A stretch of 64,000 bases of DNA from Candidatus Omnitrophota bacterium (GTDB taxonomy: Bacteria > Omnitrophota > Gorgyraeia > Duberdicusellales > 4484-171). The DNA lies in assembly GCA_037146775.1 (NCBI GenBank), contig JBAWWL010000005.1, positions 33,848 through 97,847 of the forward strand, given 5' to 3'. Numbering within the stretch: the first letter of the stretch is position 1; each line of letters opens with the position of its first letter. Shown here one piece after another: positions 16,765-26,966 of the stretch. The notes beneath the pieces are model-generated. The model had not been told where the DNA came from. It ran no database searches and saw only the letters and a program-made list of their open reading frames with translations. The position numbers and the translations under genes are program-made.

Positions 16765-17820
16765 ATGGTAACTCCGGTAACCAGTAAACAAGACATAAAA
16801 TCTTTTCTGTTGGAAGAACTCGTAACGTATTTTGAGCAAAACGGCCTCGCGCGCTACATTGCCGGGCAGGTATTTAACTGGATATACGACAAGCGTTGCG
16901 AGGAGATTGAGGCAATGAGTAATCTTTCTAAAAGTACGCGGCAATTCTTGAAACATAATTTCTATTTCTCTACGCTTAAACTCATTGCCCGGCAGTCTTC
17001 TTGTGACGGCAGCGAGAAGCTTCTTTTTGGGCTCCCAGACAACTCGAGGATCGAAGCTGTTTTAATTCCTGAAAGAAACCGTTATACGCTTTGTGTTTCC
17101 AGCCAGGTAGGCTGCAAATATAATTGTACGTTTTGTCTAAGCGGCGCAAGCGGTTTTCGCCGTAACTTGAGCGTATCGGAAATAGTGAATCAGTATTTAG
17201 TAAGCGCAGCTATTGTTAAACCACAGGCCATCACTAATATTGTTTTTATGGGTATCGGTGAGCCGCTGGATAATTTTACCAATCTTGTCTCAGCCATAAA
17301 AATACTCATGTCTCCTGAAGGCTTGGGCTTGGGGAAAAGAAGAATTTGCGTTTCTACCTGCGGGCTCGTCCCGCAGATAAAAAAGCTGGCAGCGCTAAAG
17401 CTGGGCATAAAACTTTCTATATCGCTACATGCCCCTAGCGATGGCCTGCGCGATAAGATCATGCCGGTAAACAAGAAATACCCTCTAACCGAGCTTATAC
17501 AGGCAGTTAAAGAGTATAGCCGGATTGAGCAATACCCGGTTACTTTCGAATACGCTTTGCTTAGCCGAGTTAATACTTCCGGGGCCTGTGCGCTTGCTTT
17601 AGCGGCGCTTTTGCGAGGCCTGCGGTGTAAACTTAATCTTATTCCCTACAATAAGTCTTCTTTGGAATTTCATGCGCCAGATGCCCAGGAAATCGCCGAT
17701 TTTACGGCCACGTTAAAGAAAAAAGATATATTCTTTACTTTGCGAAAACCTCGGGGTACGGACATCAATGCCGCCTGCGGACAATTGCGCGCGATTTTTC
17801 CGGCCGAAAAGGAAGGCTAA
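16765..17820 (+). CDS. rlmN: 23S rRNA (A2503-C2) methyltransferase RlmN
   Basis: CVSSQVGCKYNCTFC, VFMGIGEPLDN, SLHAP, DINAACGQL. Confidence 0.95.
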   Translation: MVTPVTSKQDIKSFLLEELVTYFEQNGLARYIAGQVFNWIYDKRCEEIEAMSNLSKSTRQFLKHNFYFSTLKLIARQSSCDGSEKLLFGLPDNSRIEAVLIPERNRYTLCVSSQVGCKYNCTFCLSGASGFRRNLSVSEIVNQYLVSAAIVKPQAITNIVFMGIGEPLDNFTNLVSAIKILMSPEGLGLGKRRICVSTCGLVPQIKKLAALKLGIKLSISLHAPSDGLRDKIMPVNKKYPLTELIQAVKEYSRIEQYPVTFEYALLSRVNTSGACALALAALLRGLRCKLNLIPYNKSSLEFHAPDAQEIADFTATLKKKDIFFTLRKPRGTDINAACGQLRAIFPAEKEG

Positions 17821-17821
17821 C

Positions 17822-18499
17822 ATGAAAAAATTTTTCTCTAAAGCATCAGTACGTTTTATTTTACTGCTGGCCATGGCCGGAATTTTTATCGCCTTGGGAA
17901 ATTATTTTTCTTTCGACCAGGCGAAGATTGATAAGTTTTTCAACAAAATTCCCCGGGTGTACTGGTCTGTCATCTTTATCGCGCTGTATGTTGTCTCGAA
18001 CTTCTTCATCTTTTGGGATATCAAAGATATCCTCAAGCTCATCGCTGCGATTCTGTTTGGAGCCTACACCAGCACGTTCCTTATTTATATTGCCGAGATC
18101 ATTAACGCCTATTTATTTTTCAATATCAGCAATATTCTGGGAAAAGAATTCGTAGAGAAATCATTGTCCGGAAAATTTAAGAATCTTTACGAGAAATTAG
18201 GGCATTTGCGGTTTAGCTGGGTGGTTTTATTACGGCTTATTCCGCTTATTCCGTACCGAGTGTTGGACATCAGTTTCGGCTTAAGCAAGATACCTTTTCG
18301 CACTTATCTTCTGGCGGTCATTCTGGCCTCGCTGCCGCGCATTTTTTTAATTCAATTTCCGCTCGCTGCCATCAAAGACTTTTCAAGCCAGAAAATGATG
18401 GTTTATTTTCAAAGCCACCCGTTCATTCTTTGGGCCTATTTCGCCTACTTTAGCATTTCCATAGTTATTGCCGTCAAAGCAAAAAAGAAACTCCAGTGA
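17822..18499 (+). CDS. TVP38/TMEM64 (VTT/DedA-like) membrane protein
   Basis: Multi-TM, LLRLIPLIPY, FGLSKIPFRTY; ATG 17822 preferred over 17768. Confidence 0.8.
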   Translation: MKKFFSKASVRFILLLAMAGIFIALGNYFSFDQAKIDKFFNKIPRVYWSVIFIALYVVSNFFIFWDIKDILKLIAAILFGAYTSTFLIYIAEIINAYLFFNISNILGKEFVEKSLSGKFKNLYEKLGHLRFSWVVLLRLIPLIPYRVLDISFGLSKIPFRTYLLAVILASLPRIFLIQFPLAAIKDFSSQKMMVYFQSHPFILWAYFAYFSISIVIAVKAKKKLQ

Positions 18500-19395
18500 C
18501 AAGCTATCTTATCTGTCACCAGCAAGGAAAATTAGATACGATAAAACAGCGTTTATTAAACCGCTTGTCAAGCTGCACGCTTTGCCCCAGAGTTTGCCGG
18601 GTAGACAGGTCACAGCAGCCCATGGGATTTTGCCGTACCGGCCGCCACGCAAGAGTAAATAGTTTTTTTTCGCATTTTGAAGAAGAACCGGAATTGGTAG
18701 GCCCTGGCGGTTCCGGGACTATATTTTTTTCTTACTGTAATCTGGGCTGCCTCTATTGCCAAAATTATACGCTTTCCCATCAAGGAGAGGGAACGGAGGT
18801 GGATGCGGATAAGCTTGCGCAGATGATGTTGCGCCTACAGGAAGATGGAGCGGAGAATATCAATTTTGTAACGCCTACGCATGTTATCGCTCAAATCATC
18901 GAAGCATTACCGCTGGCCATCGAGAAAGGCTTGCATATACCTCTGGTGTATAACTGCGCAGGCTATGAAAGCGTGGAAGTAATCAAAGAGCTTGCCGGAA
19001 TATTTGACCTTTACATGCCGGATATAAAATATTGCGATGATACCTTGGCTGTACGGTATTCTCAAGCGCCGGATTACTGGAGTACGGTGCGGGCGGCAGT
19101 ATGCGAAATGCACCGGCAAGTGGGCGACTTAGTCATAGAAAACGGTATCGCAAAGGCTGGGCTTTTAATCAGGCATCTGGTATTACCCAATGGTTTAGCC
19201 GGTTCGTTCGCCGTGCTTGATTTTATCAGAGAGCTTTCCCCGCAAAGCTATGTTAATATCATGGACCAGTATCGTCCCCATTATCGGGCACACGAGTTCC
19301 CAGAGCTGTCGCGTCCCGCAAGCCGCGACGAATACGCGCGCGTTGTTGAGTACGCGAAAAAAATAGGATTGCACCGCGGTTTTTTAACTGTTTAA
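18496..19395 (+). CDS. PflX-like radical SAM protein
   Basis: CTLCPRVC, GSGTIFFSYCNLGCLYCQN, NINFVTPTH, IRHLVLP, NIMDQYRP. Confidence 0.88.
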   Translation: MTSYLICHQQGKLDTIKQRLLNRLSSCTLCPRVCRVDRSQQPMGFCRTGRHARVNSFFSHFEEEPELVGPGGSGTIFFSYCNLGCLYCQNYTLSHQGEGTEVDADKLAQMMLRLQEDGAENINFVTPTHVIAQIIEALPLAIEKGLHIPLVYNCAGYESVEVIKELAGIFDLYMPDIKYCDDTLAVRYSQAPDYWSTVRAAVCEMHRQVGDLVIENGIAKAGLLIRHLVLPNGLAGSFAVLDFIRELSPQSYVNIMDQYRPHYRAHEFPELSRPASRDEYARVVEYAKKIGLHRGFLTV

Positions 19396-19428
19396 AAATA
19401 ATATTTTTAGCTTATAATAGTTATTGTC

Positions 19429-19980
19429 ATGAAAGTAGAGATAGGGAAAGAGAAGGCCAGCCGGCTGATTAATTGCGGCCAGGTTATTTTGGTTACCAGC
19501 GCTTATCAGGATAAAAGAACTATCACTCCTTGCGCCTGGCATATGCCCATCTCTAAAGACCCGGCCCTGGTAGCGGTGGCTTTGGCCAAGAAACATTTTT
19601 CTTCGCAGCTGATTCAACAGAGTAAAGAATTTGTTATCAATATTCCTTCCTGGCAGATTCTGGATAAAGTGATGCTTTGCGGCTCAATGTCCGGCCGTAC
19701 CTGTGATAAATTCTCCCACGCCGGTCTTACTGCCGAAAAGCCACACAAGTTGGCCGTAGCTGTCCCGATTGCCGAATCTCTCGGCACACTTGAGTGTGGT
19801 TTACGCGAAAGCAAAGACGCGGGTGATCATTATATGTTTATTGGAGAAGTGCAATACGCCCAAGCCGACGACCGCTTTTTTATAAATGACATATGGGATA
19901 CCGAAACCGCCCAACTTATCTTTCATGTAGGCGGAAAATATTTCTTTCCATCTCAAAAAACCAGCGAGTTTAAAAAATGA
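19429..19980 (+). CDS. Flavin reductase family protein
   Basis: VILVTS, EFVINIP, CGSMSGR...DKF, LEC, GDHYMFIGEV. Confidence 0.9.
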   Translation: MKVEIGKEKASRLINCGQVILVTSAYQDKRTITPCAWHMPISKDPALVAVALAKKHFSSQLIQQSKEFVINIPSWQILDKVMLCGSMSGRTCDKFSHAGLTAEKPHKLAVAVPIAESLGTLECGLRESKDAGDHYMFIGEVQYAQADDRFFINDIWDTETAQLIFHVGGKYFFPSQKTSEFKK

Positions 19981-20927
19981 TAGAAGCAATTTATCGTTTA
20001 CCTCACGCTTTTTTACAGAAATTAGAGAAACTGTACCCGTCATATCACCAGCAGATTCTTAATACTTTTTTGACCAAAAAAGAAACAACGTTTCGCATCA
20101 ATTTTCTTAAAATAAACCTGGTAAGCTTGCGCAAGCGGCTGCTTGAGGAGCGAATCTATTTTCAGGAACTTTCGTTTCCTCCGGGAGCATTCATTTCCAG
20201 AAGCAGCTTAAAAGACCTGCAAGGTACCCGGCTTTATCAGGAAGGTTGTATCTATGTGCAGAATGTATCCAGTATGCTTCCGGTGTGCGTGCTTGGGCCA
20301 GAAAAAGGGGATAAAATCCTTGATTTATGCGCTGCTCCCGGCGCAAAGACAACTCAGATTGTATCGCTTGCTCCCGAGTCCGAGGTGGTAGCTTTCGAAA
20401 AGGATCACATCCGGCACTGCAAGCTGGTTTCCAATTTGAAAATACAAGGCGTTGACGCAAAAGTAAAAACATTCCAGCTGGACGGTTTCTGGGCGCGTAA
20501 AAAGTTCCCCGAATACTTCGATAAGGTTTTGGTCGATGTACCCTGTTCGGCCGAGGGGCTTTTCGATTTGCATAATCCGCGCAGTTACAAATATTGGAAC
20601 GAGCGAAAAGTAAGAGAAGTGAAACATAAACAACGATTTTTGCTGCAATCCGCGTTTTTCACGTTAAAAGAGCAGGGTACGCTGGTTTATTCAACCTGCA
20701 CTTTTTCTCCGGAGGAAAACGAAGAGGTGATTGACTGGTTTATCAATAAATTTAAAGACAAAGTCGAGGTTGTCCCCGTAGAAATTCCTTTAAAGGGCGT
20801 ATTTCAGGGGTTGACCCAGTGGCAAGGCCGGCCATTTTCTCCGTCGTGTAAATTAACCCGGCGCGTTATTCCCAATGAATTCATGGAAGCATTTTTTGTA
20901 GCGAAGCTACGAAAAATATCCGCATGA
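19977..20927 (+). CDS. RsmB/RsmF/NOP2-family RNA m5C methyltransferase
   Basis: DLCAAPGAKTT, DVPCS, YSTCTFSPEENE. Confidence 0.92.
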   Translation: MIEAIYRLPHAFLQKLEKLYPSYHQQILNTFLTKKETTFRINFLKINLVSLRKRLLEERIYFQELSFPPGAFISRSSLKDLQGTRLYQEGCIYVQNVSSMLPVCVLGPEKGDKILDLCAAPGAKTTQIVSLAPESEVVAFEKDHIRHCKLVSNLKIQGVDAKVKTFQLDGFWARKKFPEYFDKVLVDVPCSAEGLFDLHNPRSYKYWNERKVREVKHKQRFLLQSAFFTLKEQGTLVYSTCTFSPEENEEVIDWFINKFKDKVEVVPVEIPLKGVFQGLTQWQGRPFSPSCKLTRRVIPNEFMEAFFVAKLRKISA

Positions 20928-22597
20928 GAATCCTGCTCATCGCCCCTCCTATCGAGGATTTTTACTTCACGCCTCAACGAGCATATCCGCTGGGAATATT
21001 ATATTTGGCCTCATCGTTAGCCGTCCGCGGGTTTACCGTTAAAGTTCTTAATGCTTTAGAAACTAACAAAAAAATAACGCTAAAAATACCCGATGATTTT
21101 ACCTATCTTAAGCGGTATTACCAGCCAAACAGGTCTCCTTTTTGTCTTTTTTCGAATTATTATCATTTTGGTTTGACCTATCCGGAAATCGAGGCGGTCG
21201 TCAGGCAGTTTCGGCCCGCTCTCGTGGGTATTTCTTCCAATTTCTCGCCTTATTTCGACACCAGCCGTCAAGTTGCCCGGATAGTAAAATATGTCGACGC
21301 CCGGATCCCGGTAGTGATGGGCGGAAGATTTCCCACCTCAAACCCCGAGCTTGTCTTGGGGGAAAAAAGTGTTGATTTTGTGATACGGGGGGAGGGAGAA
21401 GAAGCTTTTTGTGCACTCTGTTCGGCTGTTGCCGAAGGAAGAAGGATTTCTCGTATCAAAGGTTTATGCTATAAAGTAAACCAACGCCTCCACATCGCAT
21501 CCGCTCCCGTGTTGATTAAAAAACTTGATGCTTTACCGTTTCCTGATCGCCGTCTGATCGATTATCAGCGCTATGTTTTCGGCGGCACGGTCATGACTTC
21601 GCTTATTTCTTCCAGAGGTTGTGTGCTTGGTTGTAAGTTTTGTGCGATACAAGAGAAATTTCGTAGCCGCAGCGCGGACAATGTTTTTAAGGAGATAGTA
21701 TATTGTTATAGCTTAGGTATACGGCATTTTAATTTCGAGGATGACAATATCAACATTAACCCTCATTTTGGCAAGGTTTTAGACCACCTCATTGATAACT
21801 TTGCGGGGAAAATAACAGTGTCGTTTATGAACGGTTTATTGGCTCAAGGGCTGCACGCTGGCTTACGGAAGAAATTGCTTGCAGCCGGCCTTACCCATAT
21901 TGATTTGTCGCTGGTTACCAGCAACAGGAAAGTCCGGCTAAAAACCGAAAGGCCGTCCTGGCAGAAAAGCATTTTTGATCTTTCTAGTTTTATGGCCCGG
22001 CGCGGCATTGCGCCAACAGTTCATTTCATTATTGCTTTGCCTGGCCAGAGGTTTATCCAGGCACTGGCAGACGTGAAGTTGCTGGCAAAAAAAACAGTTA
22101 AGCTTGGCCCAAGCATATTTTATCCGGTTATCGAGAGCGGTTTTTTCCAAGAGCTAAAGGAAAGATTTGGTTTTAGCGCGCAGGGCTATAGGCTTTTTCG
22201 TTCTAGTTGCGCTTGTTTTGACCGGTACATGTCTCGCGATGAAATATTTACCATTTTCTATCTTTCCCGTGTGGTGAATTTTGTCAAAGATTTGATCGAT
22301 AACGGTGTTATTCAAGAAGACACCCTGTCTTCATTTTTGCTTACAGTCCCAGAAAAAACCAATAGTACCAATGACAATCTTGTTACTGTGCAAAGAATCG
22401 AGAGAGAGCGTTTGGGTGTAATTCTTTTAAAAAAGCTGATTGAAGAAAAGAGTGTTTATCGGGTAGAAGAAAAACAAAAAAACGGGCAATTTTATTACGC
22501 TTTTTTCCGGGATGATTTTATTTCCGCCCACCATATCCGGTTGGCGCTTGAAGGCCTTTCTGTACGGGGTTTATCCGGCAGGGCTATAAAAATATAA
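20924..22597 (+). CDS. B12-binding radical SAM protein
   Basis: YPLGILYLAS, VMGG, GEGE, SSRGCVLGCKFC, FEDDN. Confidence 0.88.
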   Translation: MRILLIAPPIEDFYFTPQRAYPLGILYLASSLAVRGFTVKVLNALETNKKITLKIPDDFTYLKRYYQPNRSPFCLFSNYYHFGLTYPEIEAVVRQFRPALVGISSNFSPYFDTSRQVARIVKYVDARIPVVMGGRFPTSNPELVLGEKSVDFVIRGEGEEAFCALCSAVAEGRRISRIKGLCYKVNQRLHIASAPVLIKKLDALPFPDRRLIDYQRYVFGGTVMTSLISSRGCVLGCKFCAIQEKFRSRSADNVFKEIVYCYSLGIRHFNFEDDNININPHFGKVLDHLIDNFAGKITVSFMNGLLAQGLHAGLRKKLLAAGLTHIDLSLVTSNRKVRLKTERPSWQKSIFDLSSFMARRGIAPTVHFIIALPGQRFIQALADVKLLAKKTVKLGPSIFYPVIESGFFQELKERFGFSAQGYRLFRSSCACFDRYMSRDEIFTIFYLSRVVNFVKDLIDNGVIQEDTLSSFLLTVPEKTNSTNDNLVTVQRIERERLGVILLKKLIEEKSVYRVEEKQKNGQFYYAFFRDDFISAHHIRLALEGLSVRGLSGRAIKI

Positions 22598-22630
22598 AAG
22601 GGGCATAGTATATATGCCCCTTTTATATTT
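22589..22630. terminator. Bidirectional terminator between convergent genes
   Basis: aaaatataaaaggggcata/tatgccccttttatatttt inverted repeat. Confidence 0.85.
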
Positions 22631-22643
22631 GTTTTCAATTCAA

Positions 22644-22910
22644 TTATAGAATTGACTTAAGTTCTTTGGAAGCCTTGAAAGCGACTTTCTTTTTTGCCGG
22701 GATCTGAATCGCTTCGCCGGTTTTCGGGTTTCTTCCCATTCTGGCCTTGGTTTCTTTTACCTTGAAGGTTCCGAATCCGGAAATGGCGACTGGGTCTTTT
22801 TTCTTCAATGAACCCTTGATGGCATCAAAAACTGATTCCACTGCTGTCTGCGCTTCTTTCTTTGTGCATGTGCTCTTTGCGACTGTTTCGACCAACTCTG
22901 CCTTATTCAT
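22644..22910 (-). CDS. hup: DNA-binding protein HU
   Basis: MNKAELVE, GFGTF, GRNPKTGE, AFKASKELK. Confidence 0.96.
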   Translation of the reverse strand: MNKAELVETVAKSTCTKKEAQTAVESVFDAIKGSLKKKDPVAISGFGTFKVKETKARMGRNPKTGEAIQIPAKKKVAFKASKELKSIL

Positions 22911-22982
22911 CTAACACACCTCCTTTTACTAAAAACGTTAATATTCTCAACCACTTTCACTATTTTATAATCGAAGAAGGTA

Positions 22983-23011
22983 TTGTCAAGAGATTTTGCA
23001 AGCTTTATAAT
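22983..23011 (+). promoter_or_regulatory. Sigma70-type promoter, likely leaderless transcript
   Basis: TTGTCA-17 bp-TATAAT; ATG 6 nt downstream. Confidence 0.65.
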
Positions 23012-23017
23012 GGCTGT

Positions 23018-23827
23018 ATGATTCTTACCCGTAAGGAGCTTGATTATATCATCTCGCACAAAAAAGAGCATGTATGTAATATTAAAGTCGATTTTGGCCT
23101 CGATCAAGCGTGCGTGAAGATCGAGGAGGATAAAGTTTTTTTTGAAAACGGCTGTGTGCTTGATTTGAACGAAGAAATAAAAGAAAATTTCTGTTACGAT
23201 TTAGATAAGCAGGGTTTGCATAAGGTTGCTTTCTTCGCCGAAGACACCAATAGATTCTATAAACTTACTCCTACTGCGGACTGGCCAACTTTTTCCGTAG
23301 GCTCGGTGCCGATGCATAAACTGCGTTCTCCCCGGCTGGATACGCAGCAAAAGATAGATTTTTTAAGGCCTTACGGCCTGGTACTTGATACCTGTACAGG
23401 TTTAGGATACACCGCTATAGCTTCTGCAAGCCGCGCCGAAAAGGTAATTACTTTTGAGAGAGATGAAAATGTGATTACTCTGGCAGGAGTAAATCCTTGT
23501 TCGCGGCAATTGTTTCTTCTAAGCAATATCGAGCGCAAAATACAGGATGTCACAGAAGGTATCAAAACCTTTCCCGATGAATACTTTAATTGTATTATTC
23601 ACGATCCACCTACTTTTAAGCTTTCTCCCGAGCTTTATTCTCCCGCTTTTTATGCCCAGTTGCTAAGGGTTTTAAAGCGGGCAGGTAAGCTTTTTCACTA
23701 TACTCCTTTATATAAGATCAGGCAGGGGGTTGATTTTCCTTTGAGAATAAAGCAGAAACTTATCAAAACAGGTTTTAAAGCGTTGGAATACTCTTTGGAA
23801 AAAGGAGGAATCCTGTGTCGAAAGTAG
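23018..23827 (+). CDS. SAM-dependent methyltransferase (archaeal-type COG2521-like)
   Basis: VLDTCTGLGYTAI, IIHDPP, LYSPAFY, LFHYT; ATG 23018 avoids overlap with hup. Confidence 0.78.
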   Translation: MILTRKELDYIISHKKEHVCNIKVDFGLDQACVKIEEDKVFFENGCVLDLNEEIKENFCYDLDKQGLHKVAFFAEDTNRFYKLTPTADWPTFSVGSVPMHKLRSPRLDTQQKIDFLRPYGLVLDTCTGLGYTAIASASRAEKVITFERDENVITLAGVNPCSRQLFLLSNIERKIQDVTEGIKTFPDEYFNCIIHDPPTFKLSPELYSPAFYAQLLRVLKRAGKLFHYTPLYKIRQGVDFPLRIKQKLIKTGFKALEYSLEKGGILCRK

Positions 23828-24408
23828 ATTTGGAGAGAGAGCGTAAGATATTAGACCGGGAGATAACCCTTTTCCATTTTAAAAAAGCTAAAAAAAGAAT
23901 CAACCGCTGCCTTGGCTTTGCCAACCAACAGCATGACCGGTTCTTTTTCTTCTATTTCTTGAGCCAGCACTTTATCTTGCGGGAAGATTCTCGTATGGCT
24001 CTGCGTTATCTAAACTCCTGTCTGAAGCTCAAGCCTTACGACGGCTGCAGCTATAATGATAAAGCGCTTTGTTTCGCCCAGCTCGGTAAACACAAGGAAG
24101 CCATGTGTTGTTTTGATGAGGGGATACGGGCTGAGAGGGATTGCGTTTCGCTCTATCACAACAAAGGCTGGCTGCTGCATTTGTTAGGCCGGTATCGGGA
24201 AGCAATACTCTATTTTAGAAAAGCCTTAGAATTAGAGGAGAACAGGGCCGAATCTCTGTATAGTTTAGCTGACGCTTATGAAAAATTAAATCAGCTCAAA
24301 GAAGCAAAACGCTATTTTCAGAAAGCTCTTGGACAGCTTAAAGGAAAAAGCTCTATTTTATATAAAGAAGCAACGCAGCGCTTACGTGCATTAGCAAAGA
24401 ATCAATAA
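23815..24408 (+). CDS. Tetratricopeptide repeat protein
   Basis: YNDKALCFAQLG, YHNKGWLLHLLGRYREAILYFRKALEL repeats. Confidence 0.85.
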   Translation: MSKVDLERERKILDREITLFHFKKAKKRINRCLGFANQQHDRFFFFYFLSQHFILREDSRMALRYLNSCLKLKPYDGCSYNDKALCFAQLGKHKEAMCCFDEGIRAERDCVSLYHNKGWLLHLLGRYREAILYFRKALELEENRAESLYSLADAYEKLNQLKEAKRYFQKALGQLKGKSSILYKEATQRLRALAKNQ

Positions 24409-24465
24409 TCGTATTTTCTATCAAGTTTTGCTGCGGTTACGGTGGTGGTTGATACGCGGGGGTGA

Positions 24466-26937
24466 TTATCGCAGTATTTTCTCGAGTATATTTTTGATTC
24501 CCTCGACGTTAGAGAGGAATACCGGCTTTACTTTGTAGGTTGGTTTTTGTACTGTACCGCCCAATTCGATAGCCAAACTACCCTGGCCTAATATGCCGCT
24601 AATGACTTTTTGAAGGCCGCTGGAAGCGGCAATTAAATTCTGGTTGAATTCCGTGATAAGAATAAAATTCAAGTCGCCCTTTAAGGAAATTCTTCCCGTT
24701 CCCTTCAGGATCATCTGGTATGATGTCAACTCAAGATTCTCAAAAACAACGTCCTGGCCTTTAAAGAATAGGTCGCTATAGCCATTCTCAAATTTAATTT
24801 CTCCAAACTCCGGGATAAAAATAAATTCTCCCAAACCTTTCAAAAAGTCTATTTCCCAGATATTGCCTTCTTTTATCGAAACCTTCCCCTGGCCCTGGAG
24901 TTTGTCCCACTGGGTCAGGCTTTCGTTTTGTACATCAGCCTCGAGCGACAAAATGCCCGATAAGTTTTTTTGTTTCAAATTAAGTTGCGCCCTTAGATAC
25001 CCCAGGTTAATGTCATTTATCAAGAGGTTCGTGGTTAGCCTGTTTTTTAGAGCATCGGCTCTGAAACGCCACTGGATTTTTCCTTGGGCGACGGTGGCGG
25101 TCAGCGGGCTGATAACCAGCTCATTTTTGTCGCGATAAAGCTCAATAGTAGCCTGCAGGGCCTCGACGCCATAGACTTTTATTTTATCGCTTGCTCCGGC
25201 AAGCTTTATTTCCCACTCGTTTATTTTATTACCGCCGGTTACGATAAATTTCACCTTGGCCGTTCCTTCGGGTTGAGCTTTTTTTAAAGCGGGAACTGGT
25301 ATGCTAAAAGCGTCAGCCAAAGCAATCATATCTTTCCCTTCAAGAGAGCCCGCGCCCTGTATCGTGGCTTGCACGTTGGGTGTGAGGCTAATGTTTCCTT
25401 GGGAGGTTATCTGCGAGTTCGCGCTTTTTAAGCTTAAGCTTTGAATGTCGATATTCTGGTGCGCGTATTCTGCCTGGACATCGGCCTTCAGTAAGTTGCT
25501 GGTAAGGTTTAGAGTTATGGTAGGAGAAGAGAAATGCTTTAGTTGCGCCTTGAGTTGAAAAGGGATCGCCTTATAACGGAAGCTGCTATCTTCTACGATG
25601 AGCAGGTCATTCTTTACAAAGCCTTTAGCTTCAATGTCTTTTACTTCTTTTAGCTGTGCGCCTTTTATTCCGTATTCTACATAATAATCCAGCGTTTTTT
25701 GTGTAAGGTTGCCTTTGCATATGGCTTTGAGTGCGATGTTCCCTCCCTCGCCATAGGCAAAACTAAACGGGACTGTTTTTTTGGCGGCGGCTATCGCATC
25801 CATAAGGGAAGAAGATGTTTCTGCTTCAAGATAAAATTCAGACGTCTCTAGATTCATCTCTCCTTTTCCTTTTAGGTGTAAAGTTTTTTTGGTTTTTTCT
25901 TGAGCGGACTCTTTTGAGAAAGGAAACAATGCTTTTACGGACGATAATTCGAGCTTTTTATTATCAAGGATGAATTGGCTCTGCATATCGGTGAGTGAAC
26001 CGACTGAAGGAAGATTATTAATGCCGCCCTTGGTAATGGTACCTGCGAGCCGATAGGAAAACCGTTCTTTAGAGAAGCCAGCCTGGCCGGTTATATTCAG
26101 GCCACCCTTAAATTCTATGTTGTTTTTTACGACAGTAAGATCAGCCAATGTCGTTGTTCCTTTGAGGACGTAAGTATCTTTTCCTTCGAATCTTAATCGT
26201 GCTTCTACAAGGGAACCACTCCGTGCGACGCAGCCTTTATAATAAGGATTAAAGTCGCTTACGTTGATGTCTTTAAGTGAGATATCGGCGTGTATACCGT
26301 TTTTTGGGTCATACGTGCCTTCCGCAGCCAACTTATTTTCCCAGTTGAGCGTGAAATTGACCACTGAAAGAGGGGCCCAGGAGGCCTTGAGGTCAACGTT
26401 AGAAAACTCTTTTTTGAAATGGAAAACTTTATCTTCGAAGTCAACTCGTAATCCTTTTATTTCTATATCTTTGACCAGGAAAAAAGGTTCTTTCTTTGTG
26501 GCTGTTTTTACTTTTTGAGAGGAGGGAGATGCCGGGAGTGGTTGATTTTGTTTTTGAGTAAAAGCTTCAACTATTTCGGAAAGATTAAGTTTTCCGTCTT
26601 CTTCTCTTTGTATGGGGATGCTTATGTTATATACCTTTACCGAGAGAATTAGTTTTTTTTGGAAAAGCAGCGAGGGATAAAATGGTATCACCTGGAGTTG
26701 TTTTATTGCCAAGATAGGGTGTGTTTTGTCGTTTTCATATATGGCTACATCATCAAGGGCGATGCCATTGATGATGCTGACGCGCACTCTGGAGATATCT
26801 GTATTTTTATCGGTAGTTTCTTTGATGAATTGCTGTGTCTGGGTGCGTATTTTTTCAGGCAAGAAAATATTAAGGCCGTAAGTTATAACAGCGTAGAGCC
26901 CGACGATAAATATTGCGAGAATTAAAAATTTTTTCAT
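24466..26937 (-). CDS. AsmA-like / DUF748 bridge-like envelope protein
   Basis: N-terminal TM, long beta-rich body, C-terminal LKGTGRISLKGDL...LGGTVQKP. Confidence 0.72.
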   Translation of the reverse strand: MKKFLILAIFIVGLYAVITYGLNIFLPEKIRTQTQQFIKETTDKNTDISRVRVSIINGIALDDVAIYENDKTHPILAIKQLQVIPFYPSLLFQKKLILSVKVYNISIPIQREEDGKLNLSEIVEAFTQKQNQPLPASPSSQKVKTATKKEPFFLVKDIEIKGLRVDFEDKVFHFKKEFSNVDLKASWAPLSVVNFTLNWENKLAAEGTYDPKNGIHADISLKDINVSDFNPYYKGCVARSGSLVEARLRFEGKDTYVLKGTTTLADLTVVKNNIEFKGGLNITGQAGFSKERFSYRLAGTITKGGINNLPSVGSLTDMQSQFILDNKKLELSSVKALFPFSKESAQEKTKKTLHLKGKGEMNLETSEFYLEAETSSSLMDAIAAAKKTVPFSFAYGEGGNIALKAICKGNLTQKTLDYYVEYGIKGAQLKEVKDIEAKGFVKNDLLIVEDSSFRYKAIPFQLKAQLKHFSSPTITLNLTSNLLKADVQAEYAHQNIDIQSLSLKSANSQITSQGNISLTPNVQATIQGAGSLEGKDMIALADAFSIPVPALKKAQPEGTAKVKFIVTGGNKINEWEIKLAGASDKIKVYGVEALQATIELYRDKNELVISPLTATVAQGKIQWRFRADALKNRLTTNLLINDINLGYLRAQLNLKQKNLSGILSLEADVQNESLTQWDKLQGQGKVSIKEGNIWEIDFLKGLGEFIFIPEFGEIKFENGYSDLFFKGQDVVFENLELTSYQMILKGTGRISLKGDLNFILITEFNQNLIAASSGLQKVISGILGQGSLAIELGGTVQKPTYKVKPVFLSNVEGIKNILEKILR

Positions 26938-26966
26938 GGCCGCAAGGTTAAGAATGGGAAATGGTA

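Noticed and set aside
22862-23017. N-terminal extension of the methyltransferase ORF
   Set aside because: Overlaps hup and contains the promoter; ATG 23018 fits better.
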